Assembly (NCBI GenBank): GCA_017451045.1
Contig: JAFSSK010000128.1
Coordinates: 1 to 53,813 of the forward strand
Source: Clostridia bacterium
Lineage (GTDB): Bacteria > Bacillota > Clostridia > Oscillospirales > CAG-272
Direction of reading: 5' to 3'
DNA: 53,813 nt
Part shown: positions 26,721-37,077 of the stretch, piece by piece
Layout: every line of letters starts with the position of its first letter
Position numbering within the stretch: position 1 is the first letter of the stretch
Translations under genes and position numbers: made by a program
The notes under the pieces: generated by a model
The model's database searches: none
Seen by the model: only the letters and a program-made list of their open reading frames with translations
Told to the model about the DNA's origin: nothing

Positions 26721-29700
26721 TTACTGCTGATTTGCCAGTTCAAGGTATTTTTCAAAGAGTTTATGCAGATCGCGAAGGATATCTTCGTTTGCGCCGAATC
26801 TCATCTGGATAGACAGAATCGGATCGGTGGTGATCTGAAGTTTTTTACCGAATAGAAGTTTCATATCCACCCACATTTCCCGGTCGAACTTGTAGGGCAC
26901 GATGATGACGTTCCTGCCTTCCTGCTTGACTGATTTCATCCCGCACCGGGAAGCAAAAGATTTGATCAGGGCGATACGGATCAGGTTGTCCGCGGCCGGC
27001 GGCATGTCGCCGAAACGGTCCAGCAGTTCGTCTGCGATATCATCCTGGTCATCCTGCGAATGGATCATGGCGATCTTCTTGTACAGCGCGATCCGCTGCG
27101 TCGAGGCGGGGACGTACGATTCGGGCAGGTATGCGTCGAAATTCAGGGAAACGACGCATTCGGGGTCGGGTTCCGGCGGCGTTTGACCGCGCTCCTCGAG
27201 GATGGCTTCGTTGACAAGCTTGATATACATGTCGTATCCGACGCTGTCCATGTTCCCGTGTTGCTCGGTGCCGAGCAGGTTGCCGATCCCGCGGATCTCC
27301 ATGTCCCTGATGGCAATGTTGAATCCCGCGCCGAATTCCGTGTATTCCCGAATGGCGTCCAGGCGTTTCTCGGACAGTTCGGACAGGGCCATCCCGCGCG
27401 GGTAGGTCAGGTAGGCGTAGGCTTTCCTGGAGGATCGTCCGATGCGTCCGCGGATCTGGTGAAGCTGCGCCAGACCCAGCCGGTGCGCATTTGTGACGAT
27501 CAGCGTATTGGCGTTCGGGATGTCGATGCCGTTCTCGATGATGGATGTGGCAACCAGGATATCCAGCTGGCCGGACAGCATATCGTTCCAGGTGTCTTCC
27601 AGCTCTTCCTTCGGCATCTTTCCGTGCGCCACGCCGATCCTGGCTCCGGGTATGGCTTTCTCAAGGGTTGCCCGTACGTCCAGAATGTCTTCGATCACAT
27701 TGTGCAGATAGAACACCTGCCCGCCGCGGTGGAGTTCGCGTTTGATGGCGTCCGTGACAATCAGATCGTCATATTCCAGCACGTATGTCTGGACGGGCTG
27801 CCGCTCGCCTGGCGCCTCGTCGAGCAGGGAAATGTCCCGGATCCCGTTCATCGCCATATTCATCGTCCGCGGGATCGGCGTGGCCGTCAGAGTCAGCACG
27901 TCAACGTTGGGCGCCAGCTGTTTGATCTTTTCTTTCTGCGCCACGCCGAAGCGCTGCTCCTCGTCCACGATCAGAAGACCGAGGTTCTTGAATTCGATAT
28001 CGGCGGAAAGCAGCCGGTGCGTTCCGATCAGAATATCCGTCTCCCCCCGTCTGAGACGGTCAAGGGAGATCTGATTCTGCTTTGGCGTTTTGAACCTAGA
28101 GACCATGTCGATGGAAACGGCGAACGAGCGCATCCTGCTGGTCGCGGTCTGGTAGTGCTGAAACGCGAGGATGGTCGTCGGCACGAGGAAGGCCACCTGC
28201 TTGCCGGCCAATACCGCTTTGAAGGCGGCCCGAAGTGCGACTTCCGTCTTTCCGTAACCGACGTCTCCGCACAGCAGCCGGTCCATCGGGACCGGTTTTT
28301 CCATGTCCTTCTTGATATCCTCTATGGCGTTCAGCTGGCTGGTTGTCTCTTCGTAGGGGAAGGAGGATTCGAATTCTTCCTGCAGCGCGTCGTCCGGCGG
28401 GAAAACGAATCCCGGCTTCCGCGAACGTTCCGCGTACAGCATAAGGAGTTCCTTCGCCATCTGCTTGGCGATGGATTTTGTCTTCGCTTTCGCTTTTCCC
28501 CAGGAGTCGCTGCCCAGCTTTGAAAGCTTGAGCGTTTTATCGTCTGCGTTGGCGCCGATGTATTTTGCGATCCTGTCCAGTTTCTCGACCGGAATGAACA
28601 GTTTGTCCGAGCCGTCGTACTTTATGCTGATATAGTCGTGCGTGATCCCTTCGACGGTCAGCTTTTCAAGGCCCATGTAGATACCGATGCCGTGGACGTC
28701 GTGCACGACGTAGTCGCCTACGTTCAACTCGGCATAGGAGAGGATCGTTTTCGTGTCTTTCGATCTTTTCGTTTTGCGGTGCCTGCTCCTCCCCGAATAC
28801 AGGATGGGGCCTGCTTCTGCGGGGATCAGGCTGACGACTGCCGCTTTGGAGCGCAGCAGTTCATACCCGGTCGATGAGCAGGAGGACGTGATATAGACGG
28901 TGCCCCGTTCGAAATCGGTCGTTTCGATCTCTGTGCCGGGCTGCAGAACGACGTGACGGAATCCGGCGCTGCGCAGAAGGTCCGACGCGTTGGACGCCGC
29001 TGTCTGGTTTTCCACCTCCAAAAGGATCTTGAACCGGTTGTCGATCAGGTGTCCCAGATCTTCAATCAGCAGTTCAAAGGATGTCGCGTATGAGACGGGC
29101 TGTCTTGTCTGAAAACTGAACAGCCCCGCCATTTTCGTGCCGGACATCCTGTGTGTGAACGAATCGAGATGCAGGGCCGCGCGCCGTTCCAGATAGGCGA
29201 CAAAATCTGATGCAGATTTGGAATAGCGGGCATATTTTTCCGGCAGCATGCCGTCGTCGATCAGACCGTTGACGACCGAGAACAGCTCGCTCTCTGCGGT
29301 TTTGATCTGCTCGGACAGGGCATTTGTCCCGAGCAGGAAACAGACGTTGCGTTCGGGCAGATAATCCAGCAGGCAGAAGGCCTCCGGATATACCAAAGAT
29401 ATGTATTTGTCGATGAACAGCAGTTCTGACCCGGCTTCTACGGCATGGATCTCGGACTCGAGAGACGTGCGCGCTTCCTGTGTGGGCGCCGCCTGGCAAA
29501 GCTGCTGAAGGACTTTTTTCAGCTTGGCGTATGCCGGCTTCCCGGGGAGGATCTCCCGCGCCGGCGGAATGGAGATCCTGTCGATCTGTTCGATGCTGCG
29601 CTGCGTTGCCGTATCGAACAGGGTCATGCGGTCGATCTCGTCGCCGATCAGCTCGATCCTGACCGGCGCGTTGAAATCTGTGGCCGAACCGGCTTCCGTA

Positions 29701-30293
29701 ACGGCGTCGGCATAGGGCGGGTAAATGTCGATGATGCCGCCTCGCACGGAGAACTGACCGATCCCGTCGACAAGATCGCAGCGGATGTACCCGGCGTCCA
29801 CCAGCGCCCTGGAAACGGCAGGCAGATCCAGAGAATCCGACTTGTTGATGACCAGTGTCGCGTCTTTCAAAACGGCCGGGGGGATCGTATAAGACAGGGC
29901 TGCGTCGGGCGTGGAGACGACAACGGAAAGCGTCCCTTTTAGAATGCCCGTCAACACTTGCAGCCTCTCATGCTCGAAATCATGGGAGGCCGTGATGTTA
30001 TAAAGATTCAGATCTCTCGGAGGAAACACCTCTGCGGATATGCCGCAGGCGGAAAGTCTGTCCCGGATGATCCGGCAGGATTTTCCGTTCGGGCAGAGGA
30101 TAAGGGAGGGCGCTGCGGCAGCTGCCGGCAGATCGTCAAGCAGCGAGACGAGGAACGATTCGACCGCACCTTCGCACAGCCCGCCGACCAGGATCGGCAT
30201 CGGCTTTGTCCGCAGACAGGAGCCGACGGCTTCGAGCAGCTGCCCGTATTCCTCCTCCTCCCGGATGAACGAGGAAGAAAGCTTATTGTCCAT
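26721..30293 (-). CDS. mfd: transcription-repair coupling factor
   Basis: RGGIIDIY, GDYVVHDVHGIG, CGDVGYGKTEVA, DEEQRFG, TATPIPRT, QIRGRIGRS; ATG 30293. Confidence 0.96.
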   Translation of the reverse strand: MDNKLSSSFIREEEEYGQLLEAVGSCLRTKPMPILVGGLCEGAVESFLVSLLDDLPAAAAAPSLILCPNGKSCRIIRDRLSACGISAEVFPPRDLNLYNITASHDFEHERLQVLTGILKGTLSVVVSTPDAALSYTIPPAVLKDATLVINKSDSLDLPAVSRALVDAGYIRCDLVDGIGQFSVRGGIIDIYPPYADAVTEAGSATDFNAPVRIELIGDEIDRMTLFDTATQRSIEQIDRISIPPAREILPGKPAYAKLKKVLQQLCQAAPTQEARTSLESEIHAVEAGSELLFIDKYISLVYPEAFCLLDYLPERNVCFLLGTNALSEQIKTAESELFSVVNGLIDDGMLPEKYARYSKSASDFVAYLERRAALHLDSFTHRMSGTKMAGLFSFQTRQPVSYATSFELLIEDLGHLIDNRFKILLEVENQTAASNASDLLRSAGFRHVVLQPGTEIETTDFERGTVYITSSCSSTGYELLRSKAAVVSLIPAEAGPILYSGRSRHRKTKRSKDTKTILSYAELNVGDYVVHDVHGIGIYMGLEKLTVEGITHDYISIKYDGSDKLFIPVEKLDRIAKYIGANADDKTLKLSKLGSDSWGKAKAKTKSIAKQMAKELLMLYAERSRKPGFVFPPDDALQEEFESSFPYEETTSQLNAIEDIKKDMEKPVPMDRLLCGDVGYGKTEVALRAAFKAVLAGKQVAFLVPTTILAFQHYQTATSRMRSFAVSIDMVSRFKTPKQNQISLDRLRRGETDILIGTHRLLSADIEFKNLGLLIVDEEQRFGVAQKEKIKQLAPNVDVLTLTATPIPRTMNMAMNGIRDISLLDEAPGERQPVQTYVLEYDDLIVTDAIKRELHRGGQVFYLHNVIEDILDVRATLEKAIPGARIGVAHGKMPKEELEDTWNDMLSGQLDILVATSIIENGIDIPNANTLIVTNAHRLGLAQLHQIRGRIGRSSRKAYAYLTYPRGMALSELSEKRLDAIREYTEFGAGFNIAIRDMEIRGIGNLLGTEQHGNMDSVGYDMYIKLVNEAILEERGQTPPEPDPECVVSLNFDAYLPESYVPASTQRIALYKKIAMIHSQDDQDDIADELLDRFGDMPPAADNLIRIALIKSFASRCGMKSVKQEGRNVIIVPYKFDREMWVDMKLLFGKKLQITTDPILSIQMRFGANEDILRDLHKLFEKYLELANQQ

Positions 30294-30948
30294 GGTCCTC
30301 CTTTGCGGGTGATCCGTTGTAGGAATTGCAGAGCTGCTGCGCCGCATCCAGCTTATCCTGGAGGATCAGTTCGACGCCCTGTGCGATCGTGGAGAAGGAA
30401 TCGAACAGGATCTGCTGTTCGTCCTTGGTGAACGGGGAGAGGACCCAGTCTATGAGAGAATAGTCCGGTGACGGCTTTCCGCCGATCCCGACCTTGATGC
30501 GGGGGAAGGTATCGGCTTGCAGCTGATAGATGATGCTCTTGATCCCGTTATGCCCGCCGTCGGTCCCTTTCCCGCGGACCCGGATGCGTCCGGGATCAAG
30601 GCTGATGTCGTCGAAGATGACAAGGATATGTTCGGCCGGGATCTTGTAAAAAGCGGCGGCCTCTCTGACGGCGTTCCCGGAATTGTTCATCATCGTCTGC
30701 GGTTTCATCATCAGAACGTGTTTCCCGCTGATGACGGCATCACCGCACAGAGCCTGGAATTTTGAGCGCGTGATTTTGCAGTCGAATTTCTGAGACAGGT
30801 AGTCCATGGTCAAAAAGCCGGTGTTGTGACGTGTCAGGTGATACTTCGCCCCGGGATTCCCGAGACCGACGATCAGCCAACTGACGGGTTCGGCGGGAGA
30901 CGTATCTTTGGCAGTTATTCTTTTCAGCAGTTCGAAAATATTGGCCAT
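30283..30948 (-). CDS. pth: peptidyl-tRNA hydrolase
   Basis: VGLGNPG, TRHNTGF, KPQTMMN.SG, GGHNGIKS. Confidence 0.96.
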   Translation of the reverse strand: MANIFELLKRITAKDTSPAEPVSWLIVGLGNPGAKYHLTRHNTGFLTMDYLSQKFDCKITRSKFQALCGDAVISGKHVLMMKPQTMMNNSGNAVREAAAFYKIPAEHILVIFDDISLDPGRIRVRGKGTDGGHNGIKSIIYQLQADTFPRIKVGIGGKPSPDYSLIDWVLSPFTKDEQQILFDSFSTIAQGVELILQDKLDAAQQLCNSYNGSPAKEDHGQ

Positions 30949-31262
30949 ATCTACCCCTTGTCGTGAAATGAAAACGCAACGACGCCGTCTGCCACGAACG
31001 GCACACGGTTTTCTGCGTTCATTATAATAGATATAATATAAAAAGTCAATAAAAACCGCCCGCGCGGCCGCGCAAACGGCCGGGAACGCGGCAAAAACAG
31101 GCGAAATCGCGATAATTTACACATTTTTTACATTTGGAGCCGCCGATTTTTCGAATATGAGTAGATTTCCTTACTATTATATGTTATAATCTAATTTACG
31201 CTGACGGCATTCCGTCTTGAAGTTGATTAATATTTTTTTATTCTTATACGGAGGTATTTTCA

Positions 31263-33905
31263 ATGGCAAAAAAGTATTGCTACCTTTTTACCGAAGGCAA
31301 TGCAAACATGCGTGAACTCCTCGGAGGCAAGGGCGCGAACCTCGCAGAAATGACCAATATCGGTCTGCCTGTCCCGCAGGGCTTTACGATCACAACAGAG
31401 GCGTGCACCCAGTATTATGAGGACGGCAGAAAGATCAATGATGAGATCATGGCCGAGATCTGGAAGAACGTTGACCAGATGGAAAAGATCAACGGCAAAA
31501 AGTTCGGCGACAAGAAGAACCCGCTGCTGGTTTCCGTCCGTTCCGGTGCCCGCGCATCCATGCCAGGCATGATGGACACGATCCTTAACCTCGGTCTGAA
31601 CGACGACGTTGTCGCCGCAATGATCGCTGGTAACCCGGATCCCAAGTTCGAACGCTTCGTCTATGACTCCTACAGAAGATTCATCCAGATGTTCTCCGAC
31701 GTTGTCATGGAAGTGGGCAAGAAGTATTTCGAGACGCTCATCGACCAGATGAAAGCAAAACGCGGCGTTTCCTTCGACGTGGAACTGACCGCTGCAGACC
31801 TGAAGGAACTGGCTACACAGTTCAAGGCTGAATACAAGAAACAGATCGGCACCGACTTCCCGGCAGACCCCAAGGTCCAGCTGTACGAAGCGATCCGCGC
31901 CGTGTTCCGTTCATGGGACAACCCCCGCGCCAACGTATACCGCCGCGACAACGATATCCCGTACTCCTGGGGTACCGCAGTCAACGTGATGCCGATGGTG
32001 TTCGGCAACCTGAACGACAATTCCGGTACAGGCGTCGCGTTCACACGTGACCCGGCTACCGGCGAAAAGAAACTGATGGGCGAATTCCTGTTCAACGCAC
32101 AGGGTGAAGACGTCGTTGCAGGCGTCCGTACGCCGATGCCCATCGAGCAGATGGCTGAAAAATTCCCGCAGGCATACAAAGACTTCGTCAAGGTCTGCGG
32201 AATCCTGGAAAACCATTACCGCGATATGCAGGATATGGAATTCACGGTCGAGAACGGCAAACTGTACATGCTGCAGTGCCGTAACGGCAAGAGGACCGCT
32301 CAGGCCGCTCTGAAGATCGCCTGTGATCTTGTTGACGAAGGCATGATCGACGAGAAGAAAGCCGTTCTGATGATCGATCCGCGTAACCTTGACACACTGC
32401 TTCACCCGCAGTTCGACCCGAAAGCCCTGAAGGCTGCAAAGCCGCTGGGCAAAGGCCTTGGCGCATCCCCCGGAGCTGCCTGCGGACAGATCGTCTTCAC
32501 AGCTGAAGACGCTGAAAAGTGGAAAGCAGCCGGCAAGAAAGTGGTCCTTGTCAGACTTGAAACATCTCCCGAGGATATCACAGGCATGAAAGCCGCTCAG
32601 GGTATCCTGACAGTTCGCGGCGGTATGACCTCTCACGCAGCAGTTGTTGCGCGCGGAATGGGAACATGCTGCGTTTCCGGATGCGGCGACATCGTGATGG
32701 ACGAGGCGAACAAGCAGTTCAAACTCGCCGGCAGGACCTTCAAGGAAGGCGATGTCATCTCCATTGACGGTACGACAGGTAACATCTACGGCGAAGCGAT
32801 CGCCACCAAAGACGCCAGCATCTCCGGAGATTTCGGCAGACTGATGTCCTGGGCTGACAAATACCGCAAGCTTCAGGTCCGCACGAACGCCGACACACCG
32901 CGTGATGCCAAGAAGGCTCGCGAGCTGGGCGCAGAGGGAATCGGTCTGTGCCGTACAGAACATATGTTCTTCGACCCGGAAAGAATTGCCGCGTTCAGAG
33001 AAATGATCTGCTCCGACACAAGGGAAGAGAGAGAGGTCGCGCTGGCTAAGATCATGCCTTATCAGCAGGCTGACTTCGAAGCTCTGTACGAAGCACTGGA
33101 AGGCTCTCCTGTAACCATCAGGTTCCTGGATCCTCCGCTTCATGAATTCGTTCCGACCGAAGAGGCTGAGATCGCCGCTCTTGCAAAGGCACAGAAGAAG
33201 TCTGTTGAGACGATCAAGGGAATCATTCAGGGTCTCCATGAAGCCAACCCGATGATGGGTCACCGCGGATGCCGTCTGACTGTCACATATCCCGAAATCG
33301 CTGAAATGCAGACAAAAGCAGTCATTCGTGCTGCTATCAACGTTCAGAAGAAACATCCCGACTGGAAAGTCGTTCCTGAGATCATGATCCCGTTGGTGGG
33401 CGAAGTCAAGGAACTCAAGTACGTCAAGGACGTTGTCATTAAGACAGCCGATGAGGAAATCGCATCTGCAAAAGCCGAACTGAAATACGAAGTCGGTACG
33501 ATGATCGAAATCCCGCGCGCCGCTTTGACGGCTGACGAGATCGCGAAAGAAGCCGAGTTCTTCTGCTTCGGTACGAACGACCTGACGCAGATGACATTCG
33601 GATTCAGCCGTGACGACGCTGGCAAGTTCCTTCCGGCTTACTACGATGCAAAGATCTTTGAAAGCGATCCGTTCGCGAAACTGGATCAGATCGGCGTCGG
33701 CAAGCTGATGGAAATGGCAGTTCGCCTCGGAAAAGAAGTTCGCCCGAATATCCATTGCGGTATCTGCGGCGAACATGGTGGAGATTCCACATCTGTCGAG
33801 TTCTGCCATAAGATCGGCCTGACATATGTTTCCTGCAGCCCGTTCCGTGTGCCGATTGCCAGACTGGCAGCCGCACAGGCCGCGATCAAGGACAGTGGAA
33901 AATAA
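31263..33905 (+). CDS. ppdK: pyruvate, phosphate dikinase
   Basis: GGKGANLAEM, GGMTSHAAVVAR, GLCRTEHMF, FGTNDLTQ, GICGEHGG. Confidence 0.98.
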   Translation: MAKKYCYLFTEGNANMRELLGGKGANLAEMTNIGLPVPQGFTITTEACTQYYEDGRKINDEIMAEIWKNVDQMEKINGKKFGDKKNPLLVSVRSGARASMPGMMDTILNLGLNDDVVAAMIAGNPDPKFERFVYDSYRRFIQMFSDVVMEVGKKYFETLIDQMKAKRGVSFDVELTAADLKELATQFKAEYKKQIGTDFPADPKVQLYEAIRAVFRSWDNPRANVYRRDNDIPYSWGTAVNVMPMVFGNLNDNSGTGVAFTRDPATGEKKLMGEFLFNAQGEDVVAGVRTPMPIEQMAEKFPQAYKDFVKVCGILENHYRDMQDMEFTVENGKLYMLQCRNGKRTAQAALKIACDLVDEGMIDEKKAVLMIDPRNLDTLLHPQFDPKALKAAKPLGKGLGASPGAACGQIVFTAEDAEKWKAAGKKVVLVRLETSPEDITGMKAAQGILTVRGGMTSHAAVVARGMGTCCVSGCGDIVMDEANKQFKLAGRTFKEGDVISIDGTTGNIYGEAIATKDASISGDFGRLMSWADKYRKLQVRTNADTPRDAKKARELGAEGIGLCRTEHMFFDPERIAAFREMICSDTREEREVALAKIMPYQQADFEALYEALEGSPVTIRFLDPPLHEFVPTEEAEIAALAKAQKKSVETIKGIIQGLHEANPMMGHRGCRLTVTYPEIAEMQTKAVIRAAINVQKKHPDWKVVPEIMIPLVGEVKELKYVKDVVIKTADEEIASAKAELKYEVGTMIEIPRAALTADEIAKEAEFFCFGTNDLTQMTFGFSRDDAGKFLPAYYDAKIFESDPFAKLDQIGVGKLMEMAVRLGKEVRPNIHCGICGEHGGDSTSVEFCHKIGLTYVSCSPFRVPIARLAAAQAAIKDSGK

Positions 33906-33986
33906 TCCCATGCCCTTCAAATTCGCAGAGTATACGCTCAGAAAGCCGGCTTGACTTCAAGTTCGGTCGCCTGAGTTCATAATGAG

Positions 33987-34026
33987 CCCCCATATCAACA
34001 CGCACCGTTTTGATATGGGGGTTTCT
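33987..34026 (+). terminator. terminator after ppdK
   Basis: CCCCCATATCAA...TTGATATGGGGG stem followed by TTTCT. Confidence 0.75.
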
Positions 34027-34177
34027 CCTGTTTGGATTCGCAAATGTTCGAGTACGCGAGTACGGAAACATCAGATAAGATTGGATGGAAGTATAATTGT
34101 CTGGCCTGGAAGAGTATGATATAATATGGCTGGGTTTTTGCGGATGAAATTGAAAAAAAGAAGGGAGATCGAATCAA

Positions 34178-35398
34178 ATGCTTTGCATTCTTATGCACAG
34201 AAAGACACCTGTAGTCGAAATTGAGATCGATAACAATTCCGGGCTGATTCAGAGAACTGGCGCAGTTTTTAATGAGTTTCATCTCCCTGTTGGTGTATCT
34301 ATTAGACACGGTATCACGGATCGTTCAGCTCTTAACGAGTGGTGGACAGATCGTTCCATACCCGCGAGCCGGTCGGGGATCCGGGAAGCACTGGAAGTCC
34401 TGAATCTTCCTAACACCAGGCCGCTTCTTGCAAAGTGTTGCGGGTTGAGTCTTTCGGATCAGTACTGGATCTGCCCCGACGGGTCCGGTCTTACGTGGGA
34501 AAGCATAAACTTCTTTAGCAATTCTTTTTCAAACGAATTCGGAGATATTCTTTTCGGCAAAGGATGTGCAAATGATCCTCCGGATTTTTTATCCCCGGAC
34601 TGTACATGTGACGGGAATCTGAAAAAGAAGTGGAAGATAACGGAGAGGAAGCGCATCTTGATCAAGGGCGGGTCTAATCCGTATCGGCAGCAACCGCTCA
34701 ATGAGGTTATTGCCACAAAGATCATGCACCTTCTTGGTATTCCCTGTGTCCCTTATTCAGTCTTATGGAGCAAGGGTGAACCATACAGTATTTGTGAAGA
34801 TTTAGTTGATGAGAAGACTGAACTCGTTCCGGCCTGGCGCATTTTAAAAGTTGAGAAACAAAGCAATAGTATTTCTCTTTACCAGCATTTTCTAAACTGT
34901 GCTGATATGCTTGGCATTCCTGGGGTTAGGCAATTCCTTGACAGGATGATCGTGCTTGATTATATCATCGCCAACGAAGACCGCCACCTTAACAATTTCG
35001 GCGCTGTCCGGGATGCTGAAACGCTGGAATGGATTGGCATGGCGCCAATTTATGACAGCGGTTCTTCACTAGGCTATGACAAAACGGTCCCCATGATGCT
35101 GAACAGAAACGAGACCGTCTGTAAGCCCTTCAAAAAATATCACGAAGAGCAGCTGAAACTCGTGTATTCGTTTGACTGGATAGACTTTGATGCGCTGGGT
35201 GATGTAAAGAATATTGTTGTTGAAACGCTTTCAGACGAAAATGCCAAGGCATATATGGATGATTTCAGAATCAAAATGATTGGCGAACTTGTATGCAGGC
35301 GGATCAGGGATCTGCAGACACTGGCCATGTCTGTCGGACGTCGGCAGGAGATCAACACAGACGACGAGGTCGAAAAAAACATCGCCGCCGATTATTAG
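34178..35398 (+). CDS. HipA-like Ser/Thr kinase
   Basis: LSDQYW, DGNLKKKW, LIKG, NEVIA, NEDRHLNNFG, APIYDSGSSL. Confidence 0.82.
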   Translation: MLCILMHRKTPVVEIEIDNNSGLIQRTGAVFNEFHLPVGVSIRHGITDRSALNEWWTDRSIPASRSGIREALEVLNLPNTRPLLAKCCGLSLSDQYWICPDGSGLTWESINFFSNSFSNEFGDILFGKGCANDPPDFLSPDCTCDGNLKKKWKITERKRILIKGGSNPYRQQPLNEVIATKIMHLLGIPCVPYSVLWSKGEPYSICEDLVDEKTELVPAWRILKVEKQSNSISLYQHFLNCADMLGIPGVRQFLDRMIVLDYIIANEDRHLNNFGAVRDAETLEWIGMAPIYDSGSSLGYDKTVPMMLNRNETVCKPFKKYHEEQLKLVYSFDWIDFDALGDVKNIVVETLSDENAKAYMDDFRIKMIGELVCRRIRDLQTLAMSVGRRQEINTDDEVEKNIAADY

Positions 35399-35472
35399 CA
35401 GAAACTGTCCATGTAACGCTCTGACAGCCGCAGAACGGAGAACTGCAGACCAGCATACGTATAAAATACTTT

Positions 35473-35820
35473 GGTTCTTCACATTTTTTAGTAGGCGATT
35501 TAGGGATGGAGAGGAATTTGATATAGGAAAAGAAATATAAAAGATTCCTGTATCCATAAGCACACCTTTTTTATTGTTAAGGCCTTCCAATTTGCCAGTG
35601 TTGATCGGAAATATAGCATGTGCCACAAGACCTTTTAACCGGCCGAACTTGGCCAATGCCGGAATCGGACTATGAATTGCCGCATAGAACAATTTCCCCA
35701 ACCTCGTCGAGCGTCTTCTGGATCACGAACATCAAACAACCGGAACATGTCTTCTTTCATTGCATAGCATATGGCAAGATCGGAATACGAAGATTCTTTG
35801 ATGATCATTATCAACTCTGC
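35473..35820 (-). mobile_element. ISL3-family element, right half (frameshifted 3' transposase + IRR)
   Basis: AICYAMKE..RGW / AKFGRLK..INTGKLEGLNNK / AYGYRN across frameshifts; GGTTCTTCACATTTTT at 35473-35488. Confidence 0.8.
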
Positions 35821-36058
35821 TAGGATTGACTGCTTTAGAAAAGAATTATTGAAAGAAAGAAGATATTAAGAAATACCAAATGTCGGGGGTGTAGCGCATT
35901 ACAAAAATGTCAGCAAGGGTGCATAGGGCGAGCGACTCGTAATGGAAACGAACTTAGGCTTGATGACCGGTGCGATTTCCGAAAAGATCTTCAATTTAAA
36001 AATTTTTTTCTTTTTTCTGAGAAACTCAAATAATCCTATCGCAGGAGGTACCATTGTG

Positions 36059-36610
36059 ATGAAGAAAATTGATTGGAAAAAAGTGATTCTTGATGCATTA
36101 TTGGTTTTTGGTAGTTTGATAGTGGCTTGTTTCGGGGGGTATTTTCTCAGTAATGGCGTATTTGGTTTAGTGGGTTCATTGGTCTCTGATAATAATGTTT
36201 CAATCATGCGGTGGGCCACTTTTGTTCCATATACTGTAATCGTGCTTCTTGCTTTGTTCTTTGTCTCGTTTAGCAAAGAATACATCCGACAACACTACTT
36301 CGCACTGGAAACTGTTATTTCTTCCATAGCCGCTTGTATATTTCAAATGATAGCAGCTAACATTATTACTTTTGCAATTTATACCAGCGGACCAGCCCTT
36401 TATTTTGCGCATATATTGTATGCTGGAAATAATACTACTCTTCATTTTTCTGATGCTGATGTGCCAAGCAGATTATACATTATTTGTATGCTGGTATTGG
36501 ATTTATTATATATAATCTCAGCAGTATTGGGCGGCTACCTTGGGCAAAAAAAACGGAGTCAAGAACGTTTAGCACTAATCAACAATCAAAACAATACAAA
36601 ACTGAAATAA
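36059..36610 (+). CDS. orphan membrane protein (about 4 TM), AT-rich
   Basis: AGGAGG RBS before GTG-ATG (MKKIDWKK); hydrophobic segments; no motif recognised. Confidence 0.7.
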   Translation: MKKIDWKKVILDALLVFGSLIVACFGGYFLSNGVFGLVGSLVSDNNVSIMRWATFVPYTVIVLLALFFVSFSKEYIRQHYFALETVISSIAACIFQMIAANIITFAIYTSGPALYFAHILYAGNNTTLHFSDADVPSRLYIICMLVLDLLYIISAVLGGYLGQKKRSQERLALINNQNNTKLK

Positions 36611-36714
36611 ACACGTTGCCATGGCCCGCAAAGCAGCATACGGAAAAAAACTTTTCCCGGTCCTTTGATCAAACAAAGGGCCGGGAAAAACATATGAAAG
36701 GTAAGCGGGTCACC

Positions 36715-37026
36715 CTATTTTCTTTTGGAAGCGGAAAGCTCTTTTCCCATCTCGGTCAGCAAGCTTTCCAGGAATTCACGATCGTCAACATTATCGACGA
36801 GGATCATGTCTTTCGCTCCGGGGTAAGGTGCTGTGAGCGATGCCTGCGGCATCAGTTTCTTTGCCGAATCCATACATTTGACAAGAAATCTGTTGTCGTA
36901 TATGCCGCCGATGATCTTTTCATTGTAATAAATAATGTATTCGCTCATCATCGGACGGTATGTAACGCCGGCTAGCCCTGACAGCTGATCGAGAATGAAT
37001 TCAAGATAATCCTTGCTGGAAGCCAT
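36715..37026 (-). CDS. TfoX N-terminal domain protein
   Basis: MASSKDYLEFILDQL, YRPMMSEY, GGIYDNRFLVK, PYPGAK. Confidence 0.88.
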   Translation of the reverse strand: MASSKDYLEFILDQLSGLAGVTYRPMMSEYIIYYNEKIIGGIYDNRFLVKCMDSAKKLMPQASLTAPYPGAKDMILVDNVDDREFLESLLTEMGKELSASKRK

Positions 37027-37077
37027 GTCTGTGATCCTCCCAATATATGCTGACGTCAGCCGGACCGTGGAACGGTT

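Noticed and set aside
31911-33920. 669-aa antisense ORF over ppdK; likewise 123-1061, 17688-19352, 27060-28523, 43719-45218 and 48234-49757
   Set aside because: Shadow frames opposite conserved genes, expected from codon bias; no motifs or RBS
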